NCBI RefSeq assembly: GCF_046105845.1
Contig: NZ_CP151004.1
Length of the DNA stretch: 64,000 bases
Direction: 5' to 3' (one strand)
Source: Escherichia coli
Lineage (GTDB): Bacteria > Pseudomonadota > Gammaproteobacteria > Enterobacterales > Enterobacteriaceae
In this document: piece after piece, positions 1 to 17,002 of the stretch
Position numbering within the stretch: position 1 is the stretch's first letter
Layout: each line of letters starts with the position of its first letter
Notes under the pieces: model-generated
Told to the model about the DNA's origin: nothing
What the model saw: only the letters and a program-made list of their open reading frames with translations
Databases searched by the model: none
Program-made: the position numbers and the translations under genes

Positions 1-2075
1 ACAACCTGACGGAAGTCATCAACGGTTGTCTGGCGTATATCGATGATGAAGACATCAGCATTGAAGGGCTGATGGAACACATCCCGGGGCCGGACTTCCC
101 GACGGCGGCAATCATTAACGGTCGTCGCGGTATTGAAGAAGCTTACCGTACCGGTCGCGGCAAGGTGTATATCCGCGCTCGTGCAGAAGTGGAAGTTGAC
201 GCCAAAACCGGTCGTGAAACCATTATCGTCCACGAAATTCCGTATCAGGTAAACAAAGCGCGCCTGATCGAGAAGATTGCGGAACTGGTAAAAGAAAAAC
301 GCGTGGAAGGCATCAGCGCGCTGCGTGACGAGTCTGACAAAGACGGTATGCGCATCGTGATTGAAGTGAAACGCGATGCGGTCGGTGAAGTTGTGCTTAA
401 CAACCTTTACTCCCAGACCCAGTTGCAGGTTTCTTTCGGTATCAACATGGTGGCATTGCACCATGGTCAGCCGAAGATCATGAACCTGAAAGACATCATC
501 GCGGCGTTTGTTCGTCACCGCCGTGAAGTGGTGACCCGTCGTACTATTTTCGAACTGCGTAAAGCTCGCGATCGTGCTCATATCCTTGAAGCATTAGCCG
601 TGGCGCTGGCGAACATCGACCCGATCATCGAACTGATCCGTCATGCGCCGACGCCTGCAGAAGCGAAAACTGCGCTGGTTGCTAATCCGTGGCAGCTGGG
701 CAACGTTGCCGCCATGCTCGAACGTGCGGGCGATGATGCTGCGCGTCCGGAATGGCTGGAGCCAGAGTTCGGCGTGCGTGATGGTCTGTACTACCTGACC
801 GAACAGCAAGCTCAGGCGATTCTGGATCTGCGTTTGCAGAAACTGACCGGCCTTGAGCACGAAAAACTGCTCGACGAATACAAAGAGCTGCTGGATCAGA
901 TCGCAGAACTGCTGCGTATTCTTGGCAGTGCCGATCGTCTGATGGAAGTGATCCGCGAAGAGCTGGAGCTGGTTCGTGAACAGTTCGGCGACAAACGTCG
1001 TACTGAAATTACTGCCAACAGCGCCGACATCAACCTGGAAGATCTGATCACCCAGGAAGATGTGGTGGTAACACTCTCTCACCAGGGCTACGTGAAGTAT
1101 CAGCCGCTTTCGGAATATGAAGCGCAGCGTCGTGGCGGGAAAGGTAAATCTGCCGCACGTATTAAAGAAGAAGACTTTATCGACCGACTGCTGGTGGCGA
1201 ACACCCACGACCATATTCTGTGCTTCTCCAGCCGTGGTCGCGTCTATTCGATGAAAGTTTATCAGTTGCCGGAAGCCACTCGTGGCGCGCGCGGTCGTCC
1301 GATCGTCAACCTGCTGCCGCTGGAGCAGGACGAACGTATCACTGCGATCCTGCCGGTGACCGAGTTTGAAGAAGGCGTGAAAGTCTTCATGGCGACCGCT
1401 AACGGTACCGTGAAGAAAACCGTCCTCACCGAATTCAACCGTCTGCGTACCGCCGGTAAAGTGGCGATCAAACTGGTTGACGGCGATGAGCTGATCGGCG
1501 TTGACCTGACCAGCGGCGAAGACGAAGTAATGCTGTTCTCCGCTGAAGGTAAAGTGGTGCGCTTTAAAGAGTCTTCTGTCCGTGCGATGGGCTGCAACAC
1601 CACCGGTGTTCGCGGTATTCGCTTAGGTGAAGGCGATAAAGTCGTCTCTCTGATCGTGCCTCGTGGCGATGGCGCAATCCTCACCGCAACGCAGAACGGT
1701 TATGGTAAACGTACCGCAGTGGCGGAATACCCGACTAAGTCGCGTGCGACGAAAGGGGTTATCTCCATCAAGGTTACCGAACGTAACGGTTTAGTGGTTG
1801 GCGCGGTGCAGGTAGATGACTGCGACCAGATCATGATGATCACCGATGCCGGTACGCTGGTACGTACTCGCGTTTCGGAAATCAGCATCGTGGGCCGTAA
1901 CACCCAGGGCGTGATCCTCATCCGTACTGCGGAAGATGAAAACGTAGTGGGTCTGCAACGTGTTGCTGAACCGGTTGACGAGGAAGATCTGGATACCATC
2001 GACGGCAGTGCCGCGGAAGGGGACGATGAAATCGCTCCGGAAGTGGACGTTGACGACGAGCCAGAAGAAGAATAA
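1..2075 (+). CDS. gyrA: DNA gyrase subunit A, C-terminal ~691 codons (5' end upstream of window)
   Basis: Open frame runs from window start to TAA at 2073-2075; translation matches remembered GyrA C-terminal domain and acidic tail ...DDEPEEE. The QRDR (codons 67-106) is not in the window. Confidence 0.95.
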   Translation, partial: NLTEVINGCLAYIDDEDISIEGLMEHIPGPDFPTAAIINGRRGIEEAYRTGRGKVYIRARAEVEVDAKTGRETIIVHEIPYQVNKARLIEKIAELVKEKRVEGISALRDESDKDGMRIVIEVKRDAVGEVVLNNLYSQTQLQVSFGINMVALHHGQPKIMNLKDIIAAFVRHRREVVTRRTIFELRKARDRAHILEALAVALANIDPIIELIRHAPTPAEAKTALVANPWQLGNVAAMLERAGDDAARPEWLEPEFGVRDGLYYLTEQQAQAILDLRLQKLTGLEHEKLLDEYKELLDQIAELLRILGSADRLMEVIREELELVREQFGDKRRTEITANSADINLEDLITQEDVVVTLSHQGYVKYQPLSEYEAQRRGGKGKSAARIKEEDFIDRLLVANTHDHILCFSSRGRVYSMKVYQLPEATRGARGRPIVNLLPLEQDERITAILPVTEFEEGVKVFMATANGTVKKTVLTEFNRLRTAGKVAIKLVDGDELIGVDLTSGEDEVMLFSAEGKVVRFKESSVRAMGCNTTGVRGIRLGEGDKVVSLIVPRGDGAILTATQNGYGKRTAVAEYPTKSRATKGVISIKVTERNGLVVGAVQVDDCDQIMMITDAGTLVRTRVSEISIVGRNTQGVILIRTAEDENVVGLQRVAEPVDEEDLDTIDGSAAEGDDEIAPEVDVDDEPEEE

Positions 2076-2082
2076 ATTCATC

Positions 2083-2106
2083 GCTTCATGCCAAAAGGGA
2101 GCTATT
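2083..2106 (+). terminator. Rho-independent terminator downstream of gyrA
   Basis: Hairpin aaaaggga/tccctttt with loop gctatt followed by a T-run, 8 nt after the gyrA stop. Confidence 0.6.
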
Positions 2107-2223
2107 TCCCTTTTTTGAATTGAAAAGTCCAGGCTGCAAAGTCTGGGCTTTTGTCGTATTAGGGCGCGGTAAAGTTTTGCTGTGCTCGTAAAAAATGGCT
2201 GGCTTTACACAAGGAATGTGGCA

Positions 2224-9070
<6,847 letters not shown>

Positions 9071-10720
9071 GTGAACTGGCGCAGAATCGTCTGGCTATTG
9101 GCGTTGGTTACTCTGCCAACGCTTGCGGAGGAGACGCCGTTACAACTGGTGCTGCGCGGTGCGCAGCACGATCAACTGTATCAGCTGTCGTCATCAGGCG
9201 TGACCAAAGCCTCGACATTACCTGACTCGCTCACCACGCCGTTAGGGAGTTTGTGGAAACTGTATGTTTACGCCTGGCTGGAGGATACCCATCAACCGGA
9301 GCAGCCCTACCAGTGTCGCGGAAACTCCCCGGAAGAGGTTTATTGTTGTCAGGCTGGGGAGAGTATAACGCGCGATACCGCGCTGGTACGTTCCTGTGGG
9401 CTCTATTTTGCGCCGCAGCGGTTGCATATTGGCGCAGATGTGTGGGGGCAATACTGGCAACAGCGTCAGGCACCTGCGTGGTTAGCGTCTCTTACTACGC
9501 TGAAGCCAGAAACCTCGGTAACAGTTAAATCGCTGCTTGATTCATTAGCGACGTTACCTGCGCAAAACAAAGCTCAGGAAGTCTTACTGGATGTGGTGCT
9601 GGACGAGGCGAAAATCGGTGTCGCATCCATGCTCGGTAGTCGGGTACGGGTGAAAACCTGGAGCTGGTTTGCCGATGATAAACAGGAAATCCGTCAGGGT
9701 GGTTTTGCTGGCTGGTTAACCGATGGTACACCGCTGTGGGTTACTGGCAGTGGCACCAGCAAAACGGTACTAACCCGTTATGCGACGGTGCTTAATCGGG
9801 TTTTGCCAGTGCCGACGCAGGTTGACAGTGGGCAATGTGTAGAGGTGGAGCTGTTTGCCCGCTATCCGCTGAAGAAAATCACAGCGGAAAAGAGTACGAC
9901 GGCAGTAAAACCCGGCGTACTTAATGGGCGCTATCGTGTGACGTTTACTAATGGTAACCACATTACGTTTGTCAGCCACGGTGAGACGACCTTACTGAGC
10001 GATAAGGGCAAACTGAAATTGCAGTCGCATCTCGATCGTGAAGAGTACGTTGCCAGAGTTCTGGATCGCGAGGCGAAAAGTACGCCCCCTGAGGCAGCGA
10101 AAGCCATGACCGTGGCGATTCGCACTTTTTTACAGCAAAACGCCAATCGGGAAGGCGATTGCCTGACCATCCCCGACAGCAGCGCCACGCAGCGTGTTTC
10201 TGCTTCGCCAGCGACCACGGGGGCGCGAACGATGACCGCCTGGACGCAGGATCTCATCTATGCAGGCGATCCGGTTCATTATCATGGCAGTCGCGCTACC
10301 GAAGGGACACTTTCCTGGGGGCAAGCCACGGCCCAGGCGGGGCAGGGAGAGCGTTACGACCAGATACTCGCGTTTGCTTATCCCGACAACAGCCTTAGCC
10401 GCTGGGGAGCGCCACGCTCAACCTGCCAGTTATTACCCAAAGCGAAAGCCTGGCTGGCGAAAAAAATGCCGCAGTGGCGGCGTATATTACAAGGCGAGAC
10501 GGGGTACAACGAACCAGACGTGTTTGCGGTCTGTCGTTTAGTCTCAGGTTTCCCCTATACCGATCGGCAGCAGAAACGGCTGTTTATTCGTAACTTCTTT
10601 ACGCTTCAGGATCGGCTCGATTTAACCCATGAGTATCTGCACCTGGCCTTTGATGGTTATCCCACCGGGCTTGATGAGAACTATATCGAAACGCTGACCC
10701 GACAATTATTAATGGACTAA
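9071..10720 (+). CDS. yfaQ: DUF2300-family secreted protein (549 aa) with C-terminal HEYLH motif
   Basis: GTG start immediately after the yfaS stop; signal peptide MNWRRIVWLLALVTLPTLA; length matches YfaQ. Confidence 0.85.
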   Translation: MNWRRIVWLLALVTLPTLAEETPLQLVLRGAQHDQLYQLSSSGVTKASTLPDSLTTPLGSLWKLYVYAWLEDTHQPEQPYQCRGNSPEEVYCCQAGESITRDTALVRSCGLYFAPQRLHIGADVWGQYWQQRQAPAWLASLTTLKPETSVTVKSLLDSLATLPAQNKAQEVLLDVVLDEAKIGVASMLGSRVRVKTWSWFADDKQEIRQGGFAGWLTDGTPLWVTGSGTSKTVLTRYATVLNRVLPVPTQVDSGQCVEVELFARYPLKKITAEKSTTAVKPGVLNGRYRVTFTNGNHITFVSHGETTLLSDKGKLKLQSHLDREEYVARVLDREAKSTPPEAAKAMTVAIRTFLQQNANREGDCLTIPDSSATQRVSASPATTGARTMTAWTQDLIYAGDPVHYHGSRATEGTLSWGQATAQAGQGERYDQILAFAYPDNSLSRWGAPRSTCQLLPKAKAWLAKKMPQWRRILQGETGYNEPDVFAVCRLVSGFPYTDRQQKRLFIRNFFTLQDRLDLTHEYLHLAFDGYPTGLDENYIETLTRQLLMD

Positions 10721-10724
10721 TGCT

Positions 10725-11501
10725 ATGCGAAAGATTTTTCTTCCGTTGTTACTGGTGGCGCTTTCGCCTGTCGCTCACAGTGAAGGTGTGCAGGAAGTCG
10801 AGATTGATGCACCGCTCTCTGGCTGGCATCCGGCAGAGGGCGAAGATGCCAGTTTTTCACAATCGATCAATTACCCGGCGTCGTCCGTCAACATGGCAGA
10901 TGATCAAAATATCTCAGCGCAGATCCGCGGCAAAATAAAGAATTATGCTGCGGCGGGTAAAGTTCAGCAGGGCCGGCTGGTGGTCAACGGTGCCAGTATG
11001 CCGCAGAGAATTGAATCCGATGGTTCATTTGCACGCCCTTATATTTTCACTGAAGGCAGCAACAGCGTGCAGGTCATCAGCCCAGATGGGCAAAGCCGAC
11101 AAAAAATGCAGTTTTACTCGACGCCGGGCGCTGGAGTGATCCGCGCGCGTTTACGGCTGGTTCTCTCCTGGGATACGGACAATACCGACCTCGACCTTCA
11201 CGTTGTTACACCTGATGGCGAACACGCCTGGTACGGTAACACCGTGCTGAAAAACAGTGGTGCACTGGATATGGATGTCACGACGGGGTACGGCCCCGAG
11301 ATTTTCGCTATGCCAGCGCCGATTCACGGACGTTATCAGGTGTATATCAACTACTATGGCGGACGCAGCGAAACGGAATTGACGACCGCCCAACTGACGC
11401 TGATCACCGATGAAGGATCGGTCAATGAGAAACAGGAAACATTTATTGTACCGATGCGTAATGCTGGCGAGCTGACGCTGGTGAAAAGTTTTGACTGGTG
11501 A
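10725..11501 (+). CDS. yfaP: DUF2135-family secreted protein (258 aa)
   Basis: ATG 4 nt after the yfaQ stop; signal peptide MRKIFLPLLLVALSPVAHS; length matches YfaP. Confidence 0.85.
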   Translation: MRKIFLPLLLVALSPVAHSEGVQEVEIDAPLSGWHPAEGEDASFSQSINYPASSVNMADDQNISAQIRGKIKNYAAAGKVQQGRLVVNGASMPQRIESDGSFARPYIFTEGSNSVQVISPDGQSRQKMQFYSTPGAGVIRARLRLVLSWDTDNTDLDLHVVTPDGEHAWYGNTVLKNSGALDMDVTTGYGPEIFAMPAPIHGRYQVYINYYGGRSETELTTAQLTLITDEGSVNEKQETFIVPMRNAGELTLVKSFDW

Positions 11502-11535
11502 TTAATGGGGTTACCTTCGCCGTCGATGTTCAAGA

Positions 11536-11570
11536 AAACGCCCGATAACTTTCGCTATCGGGTGTTTTTA
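11536..11570. terminator. Bidirectional rho-independent terminator between convergent yfaP and atoB
   Basis: Hairpin cccgata/tatcggg flanked by an A-run and a T-run (aaaacgcccgata...tatcgggtgttttt). Confidence 0.65.
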
Positions 11571-11574
11571 TTGA

Positions 11575-12759
11575 TTAATTCAACCGTTCAATCACCATCG
11601 CAATTCCCTGGCCGCCACCAATGCACAGTGTTGCCAGCCCCAGCGTTTTATCGCGTGCCTGCATGGCATGTAATAGTGTGACCAGAATACGAGCACCACT
11701 GGCACCGATAGGATGCCCGAGCGCGATGGCCCCGCCGTTGACATTCACTTTCTCAGAATCAAAGCCCAGGGTTTTCCCAACGGCAAGGAACTGTGCAGCA
11801 AATGCTTCATTAGCCTCAATGAGATCAATATCCGCCAGTTGCAGCCCCGCCAGTTGTAACGCTTTTTGCGTGGCAGGTACTGGCCCCATACCCATCAATG
11901 CGGGGGGCACGCCACCGCTGGCATAACTTTTAATGCGAGCCAGGGGGGTAAGGCCTGCTGCCAGCGCCGCAGATTCTTCCATAATCACCAGAGCGGCAGC
12001 ACCGTCGTTAATACCAGACGCGTTCCCGGCGGTGACTGTTCCTGCTTTATCGAAGGCCGGGCGCAATGCGCCTAACGCTTCAGTCGTAGAATCCGCTTTC
12101 GGGAATTCGTCTTGACTGAAGACGAAGGTTTTCTTCCGAGTGACAACATTTACCGGGACGATTTCGGCTGTAAAAGCACCGGACTCAATTGCGGCTGCCG
12201 CTTTACGCTGTGAATGTAGCGCCAGTTCATCCTGCATTTCTCGGGTAATTCCGTACTCTTTGGCCACGTTCTCGGCGGTAATCCCCATATGATAACCATG
12301 GGTGGCGCACATCAGACCATCGCGCAGGATTACGTCATAAACCTGTCCGTCTCCAAGACGATAACCAGAGCGTGCTTTTGCATCGAGTAAGTAGGGCGCT
12401 AAACTCATATTTTCCATACCCCCCGCCACAATGCTTTGCGCCTGACCTGCCTGAATTGCCTGGGCGGCAAGCGCCACACTTTTAAGACCCGAACCACACA
12501 CTTTATTGACCGTGAATCCGCACACCGTTTCTGCCAGCCCGCTTTTTAACAGTGCCTGACGTGCCGGATTTTGCCCCAACCCGGCTTGCAACACGTTACC
12601 CATAATCACTTCATCAATGTGTAGTGAATCGATTTTTGCACGTTCAATGGCGGCTTTAATTACTGTCGCCCCCAGGTCGATGGCGCTGGTGGAAGCGAGT
12701 GAACCGTTAAAACTACCGATAGCAGTACGTACCGCACTGACGATGACACAATTTTTCAT
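11575..12759 (-). CDS. atoB: Acetyl-CoA acetyltransferase (thiolase II), 394 aa
   Basis: Translation [17 protein letters not shown]... with thiolase active-site Cys motifs; last gene of atoDAEB. Confidence 0.95.
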   Translation of the reverse strand: MKNCVIVSAVRTAIGSFNGSLASTSAIDLGATVIKAAIERAKIDSLHIDEVIMGNVLQAGLGQNPARQALLKSGLAETVCGFTVNKVCGSGLKSVALAAQAIQAGQAQSIVAGGMENMSLAPYLLDAKARSGYRLGDGQVYDVILRDGLMCATHGYHMGITAENVAKEYGITREMQDELALHSQRKAAAAIESGAFTAEIVPVNVVTRKKTFVFSQDEFPKADSTTEALGALRPAFDKAGTVTAGNASGINDGAAALVIMEESAALAAGLTPLARIKSYASGGVPPALMGMGPVPATQKALQLAGLQLADIDLIEANEAFAAQFLAVGKTLGFDSEKVNVNGGAIALGHPIGASGARILVTLLHAMQARDKTLGLATLCIGGGQGIAMVIERLN

Positions 12760-12789
12760 TTTTTATTCCTTCTGTCTGTAGGGTTGCCG

Positions 12790-14112
12790 TCAGAACAGCG
12801 TTAAACCAATGACGAAAATGACGCCGGAGAAGAGCAGGGCAGTGATGCAATAGCCCATGATGTCGCGGACACCGAGTCCGGCGATTGCCAGTGCTGGCAG
12901 CGCCCAGAATGGTTGTGCCATGTTCATCCATTGCTCGCCGTAGGCGATCGCCATTACCGATTTACCGAGATCAGCGCCCAGCGCCTGGGCTGCGGGTATC
13001 ACGAAAGGTCCCTGAATAACCCAGTGACCGCCGCCAGACGGAACGGCGAAGTTAATCAGTGCAGAACTAAAAAAGGTCATTACCGGGAAGGTGTCTTTGT
13101 TCGCAACATTGATGAAGAATTCGGTAATGAGTCCGCCCAGACCGGAATGCTCCATCATCAGTTGGATCCCCGCGTAGAAGGGGAATTGCACCAGAATACC
13201 GGCAGTACTGCGTGCTGCCGCGCTGATAGCACGCATATAAGCCATTGGCGTTTTATGTAGCAGCAGACCCGCAATCATAAACATCAGGTTGACGGTATTG
13301 ATGGTGATGTTGAAGCCATGTTCGCTGAAGTACATCGCAAGGTAAGCGATACCGAGTGCGCCAATGATCAACGTCAGAATGCGGCTCTCTTCCAGTCGCT
13401 CGGATGGTGGGGCATCTTTCGGTAGCTGCTTTTGAAAATCAGCCTCTTCCATGAGTAGTTTCGGATCGATACTCACCACGTCAGACGGTTTTGGCATCAT
13501 CATGCGGGTGATAAATGGCATCACCACAATCAACGCCACAGTGATGAAAATGTTAAAACCACTGAACAGAGTATCGCCCACCGGGATCAGCCCGGCGATA
13601 TGCTCAACCGGGTTGCCCGGTGTTGCAGCCAACAGAGGCATTGAGCCAGAGAAACCGCCACCCCAGGTGAGAAAACCAATGTAGGCGCAGGCAATGAGCA
13701 ACGGATAATCAGAACCGGGTACTCGGCGGGCGACTTCACGGGCAAACATTGCGCCGACAACCAAACCAAATCCCCAGTTGATGACACAAGCGACTGAACC
13801 GAAGAAAGTAACCAGCATGACGCCCTGTACGGGCGTCTTTGCGGCGGAGGCGGCAGTACGCAGCAAACTTTTTACCGGAGCAGAGCTGGCAAGGGCATGA
13901 CCGGTAACGATGATAAGCGCCATCTGCATACCAAACGCCAGCAAGTTCCAGAAACCGTCACCCCACATTTTCACCATGCTGATCGGCGTTTGTGGTGTTA
14001 ACCAAAGCGCGATCACGAAAGTTAGCAATGTCAGCAACATGGCAAAGATCAGTGGATCGGGAAGCCACCGGCTGACAAAACGCGTCATAAAACGCGATAT
14101 GCGACCAATCAT
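12790..14112 (-). CDS. atoE: Short-chain fatty acid transporter, 440 aa
   Basis: Polytopic membrane protein ORF between atoA and atoB; length matches AtoE. Confidence 0.9.
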   Translation of the reverse strand: MIGRISRFMTRFVSRWLPDPLIFAMLLTLLTFVIALWLTPQTPISMVKMWGDGFWNLLAFGMQMALIIVTGHALASSAPVKSLLRTAASAAKTPVQGVMLVTFFGSVACVINWGFGLVVGAMFAREVARRVPGSDYPLLIACAYIGFLTWGGGFSGSMPLLAATPGNPVEHIAGLIPVGDTLFSGFNIFITVALIVVMPFITRMMMPKPSDVVSIDPKLLMEEADFQKQLPKDAPPSERLEESRILTLIIGALGIAYLAMYFSEHGFNITINTVNLMFMIAGLLLHKTPMAYMRAISAAARSTAGILVQFPFYAGIQLMMEHSGLGGLITEFFINVANKDTFPVMTFFSSALINFAVPSGGGHWVIQGPFVIPAAQALGADLGKSVMAIAYGEQWMNMAQPFWALPALAIAGLGVRDIMGYCITALLFSGVIFVIGLTLF

Positions 14113-14759
14113 AAATCACCCCGTTGCGTATTCAGATCGGCGGCAACTTCAAACCGAGCTTCTGTTTTGGCACACACGGTGGCTAAATCACACCCGTCGG
14201 CAATTTCGGTGAGCCACATTTTGCCGTCAATAAAACGAAAGACAGCCAGTTCAGTAACCAGCATATGCACCGCATGTTGCGCAGTGAGTGGCATGGTGCA
14301 GCGGCGCAAAATTTTTGCTGAACCATCTTTGGCACAATGTTCCATGGCGATGATCACTTTGCGCGACCCGGTCACCAGATCCATCGCGCCACCCATACCG
14401 GGCACCATTTTCCCAGGCACTACCCAGTTCGCGAGGTTTGCTTCTTCGTCTACTTGCAAACCGCCGAGCACGCAGGCATCAATATGACCGCCGCGGATTA
14501 GCGCAAATGACATGGCGCTATCAAACATGGCTGCACCGGGTAAAACACCGCACGGTTGTCCGCCAGCGTTCACCAGATCTGGATGCGCTGTCGTGACCGG
14601 GCCTAAACCGAGGAAGCCGTTTTCCGATTGCAGAGTGATATGAATACCCTCCGGTAAAAAATTGGCGACCATTGTGGGTAAACCGATCCCTAAGTTAACG
14701 ATGTCACCATCACGAAGCTCTTGCGCCACACGGCGCGCAATACGTTGTTTCGCATCCAT
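14109..14759 (-). CDS. atoA: Acetate CoA-transferase beta subunit, 216 aa
   Basis: Translation [15 protein letters not shown]...; 4-nt overlap with atoE. Confidence 0.93.
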   Translation of the reverse strand: MDAKQRIARRVAQELRDGDIVNLGIGLPTMVANFLPEGIHITLQSENGFLGLGPVTTAHPDLVNAGGQPCGVLPGAAMFDSAMSFALIRGGHIDACVLGGLQVDEEANLANWVVPGKMVPGMGGAMDLVTGSRKVIIAMEHCAKDGSAKILRRCTMPLTAQHAVHMLVTELAVFRFIDGKMWLTEIADGCDLATVCAKTEARFEVAADLNTQRGDL

Positions 14760-15421
14760 TATTTGCTCTCCTGTGAAACGATGATGTGGTCGATAACGGC
14801 ACCAGGGGTGACAATATGGTCAGGTTGCAGCTCGCCGGTTTCGACCAGTTCATCTGGCTCTACCAGCGTGATATCAGCCGCAAGGGCTATCAGGGGGTTA
14901 AAGTTGCGGGCGCTAAGTTGATAGGTCAGGTTGCCAAGTGTGTCGCAACGATGAGCGCGAATTAGCGCCAGGTCGGCGCGCAGTGGGCGTTCGAGCAGCC
15001 AGGTTTTACCGTCGAGTGTCAGTGTCTGTTTGCCTTCCTCTACGACGGTGCCGACACCCGTTGGGGTGAGAAAACCACCAAGTCCAGCTCCACCACAGCG
15101 AATTTGCTCGATTAGCGTACCTTGCGGCACCAGAACGACGTCCATCTCACCAGATATCATGCGCCGACCTGTTTCCGGGTTGGTGCCGATATGTGAAGCA
15201 ATCACTTTGCGGACTCGACCATTGACGATGAGCGGACCGATGCCAGTATCAACAAACGCGGTATCATTGGCTATCAATGTCAGGTCGCGAACACCAGATT
15301 CCAGTAATGCTTCAACCAGGCGGGATGGAGTGCCAATCCCCATAAATCCGCCCACCATGATGGTCATGCTGTCACGAAAGAAGCCGGTGGCGTCTTGTAA
15401 TGTCATCAATTTTGTTTTCAT
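14759..15421 (-). CDS. atoD: Acetate CoA-transferase alpha subunit, 220 aa
   Basis: Translation [15 protein letters not shown]...; first gene of the operon. Confidence 0.93.
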   Translation of the reverse strand: MKTKLMTLQDATGFFRDSMTIMVGGFMGIGTPSRLVEALLESGVRDLTLIANDTAFVDTGIGPLIVNGRVRKVIASHIGTNPETGRRMISGEMDVVLVPQGTLIEQIRCGGAGLGGFLTPTGVGTVVEEGKQTLTLDGKTWLLERPLRADLALIRAHRCDTLGNLTYQLSARNFNPLIALAADITLVEPDELVETGELQPDHIVTPGAVIDHIIVSQESK

Positions 15422-15464
15422 TTTTTATCCCTCTTGCATACACCGTTGTGGGTACAGTCAGGGA

Positions 15465-15484
15465 ATAGCAAGGGGAGTGCCAGA
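15465..15484 (-). promoter_or_regulatory. Sigma54 (-24/-12) promoter of atoDAEB
   Basis: Minus strand reads TGGCAC-tcccc-TTGCT (plus-strand gtgcca 15477-15482, agcaa 15467-15471), about 45 bp upstream of the atoD start. Confidence 0.75.
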
Positions 15485-15565
15485 ATGAGATTATTGGATT
15501 TAGTTATTTAACTAATTGAATAGAAAAGGATAAATTGGATGGGGATTTATAAGGAGAATGAGCGG

Positions 15566-15605
15566 CTATGCAGAAAATTGCGCACTGTGCAAATTTCTGC
15601 ATAGC
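15566..15605. promoter_or_regulatory. AtoC upstream activating sequence (40-bp imperfect palindrome)
   Basis: gctatgcagaaaattgcgcac / tgtgcaaatttctgcatagc inverted repeat about 100 bp upstream of the sigma54 promoter. Confidence 0.7.
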
Positions 15606-15616
15606 AAGTTTTGGCG

Positions 15617-17002
15617 TTATACATCCGCCGGATCGATACCGTATTCCTGGAGTTTATACATCAATGCACGGCGACTGATGCCCAGCATTAAAGCAGTGCG
15701 GGTTCGGTTTCCTTCTTGTTGTTCCAGCACTTCCATAATGATGCGTTTTTCGACGCGTTTAATTTCCTCTTTTAAATTACGCTCACCGACAGGGGATGTT
15801 TTTACCTCGCCAGCATTACAGACTGGCTGACGAATCTGCGGCGGAAGATCCTCAGAAAAAATGATCGGGCCTGAGTTCATCACGACGGCGCGTTCAATAA
15901 CGTTGGAAAGCTCTCGAATATTTCCCGGCCATGACCAGGCGGTAAGCAGTGACATTGCCATCGGATCGATGTCGATAATATCGCGCTGATTCTCACTACT
16001 GAATTTTTGCAAAAAGTGATTAGCTAACAGGGAAATATCTTCCCGGCGATCGCGCAGAGGCGGCAGTATTAAATGAATAACGTTAAGGCGATAAAAGAGA
16101 TCTTCACGGAAGGTGCCTTCTTTTACCATTGCCTGCAAGTCACGGTTGGTGGCAGCAATGATGCGGATATCAACTTTTATGGTCTGATGGCCGCCAATCC
16201 GTTCAAATTCCCGTTCCTGCAGAATGCGTAGTAATTTGGCTTGCAGTACGAGCGGCATTTCGCCAATTTCGTCGAGGAGCAGAGTACCTTCGTTGGCACG
16301 TTCAAATAATCCCTGACGCAAGGTTTGTGCACCAGTAAATGCACCTTTTTCATGACCAAACAGTTCACTTTCGAGCAACGATTCCGGCAGCGCCGCGCAG
16401 TTGACTTTAATGAACGGCCCCTTTGCCCGCCGCGAATTGTAGTGAATCGCTCTGGCAATCAACTCTTTCCCGGTGCCGCTTTCACCGCTAATCAAGACGC
16501 TGGCCTGAGAAAGGGCAATTTTGGCGGTGTCTTTGCAGATGTCCATCATCGCCGGGCTGTTGGTGAGAATGTGCCCCCATTGCCAGCTGGTGCTCAGTGC
16601 CTGGTGCAGATGACGGATCTCTTTTTTCATTGACTGGAGTTGTAAAGCGCGCTGAACGATTAAATTCAACTCATCGAGATCAAACGGTTTGATAACATAG
16701 TCGAAGGCTCCGCAGCGTAGCGCTTCGACGGCGGTTTCCACTTCAGCATAGGCCGTCATCAGAATAACGGGTGTCCGGGTCTCATTACTGCGCATCTCCT
16801 TTAGTGCCTTGATGCCGTCCATCTCTGGCATGCGGATATCCATCAACACCACGTCAGGGTGAATATCGACAAACAGGTGTAATGCTGTGCGTCCGTTGTT
16901 CGCACAATGTGTTTCGAATCCTTGTAGTGCAAAAGCGGTGCTCAGCATACGGCGAACATTATCTTCATCATCCACAATAAGGATGCGATTAATAGCAGTC
17001 AT
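15617..17002 (-). CDS. atoC: Sigma54-dependent response regulator AtoC (NtrC family), 461 aa
   Basis: Receiver domain, AAA+ Walker A GESGTGKE, GAFTGA sigma54-contact motif, C-terminal HTH. Confidence 0.95.
   Translation of the reverse strand: MTAINRILIVDDEDNVRRMLSTAFALQGFETHCANNGRTALHLFVDIHPDVVLMDIRMPEMDGIKALKEMRSNETRTPVILMTAYAEVETAVEALRCGAFDYVIKPFDLDELNLIVQRALQLQSMKKEIRHLHQALSTSWQWGHILTNSPAMMDICKDTAKIALSQASVLISGESGTGKELIARAIHYNSRRAKGPFIKVNCAALPESLLESELFGHEKGAFTGAQTLRQGLFERANEGTLLLDEIGEMPLVLQAKLLRILQEREFERIGGHQTIKVDIRIIAATNRDLQAMVKEGTFREDLFYRLNVIHLILPPLRDRREDISLLANHFLQKFSSENQRDIIDIDPMAMSLLTAWSWPGNIRELSNVIERAVVMNSGPIIFSEDLPPQIRQPVCNAGEVKTSPVGERNLKEEIKRVEKRIIMEVLEQQEGNRTRTALMLGISRRALMYKLQEYGIDPADV

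Noticed and set aside
15558-15830. 90-aa plus-strand ORF across the ato control region and the atoC 3' end
   Set aside because: It overlaps the AtoC enhancer and is antisense to atoC, with no coding signature. It is regulatory DNA.
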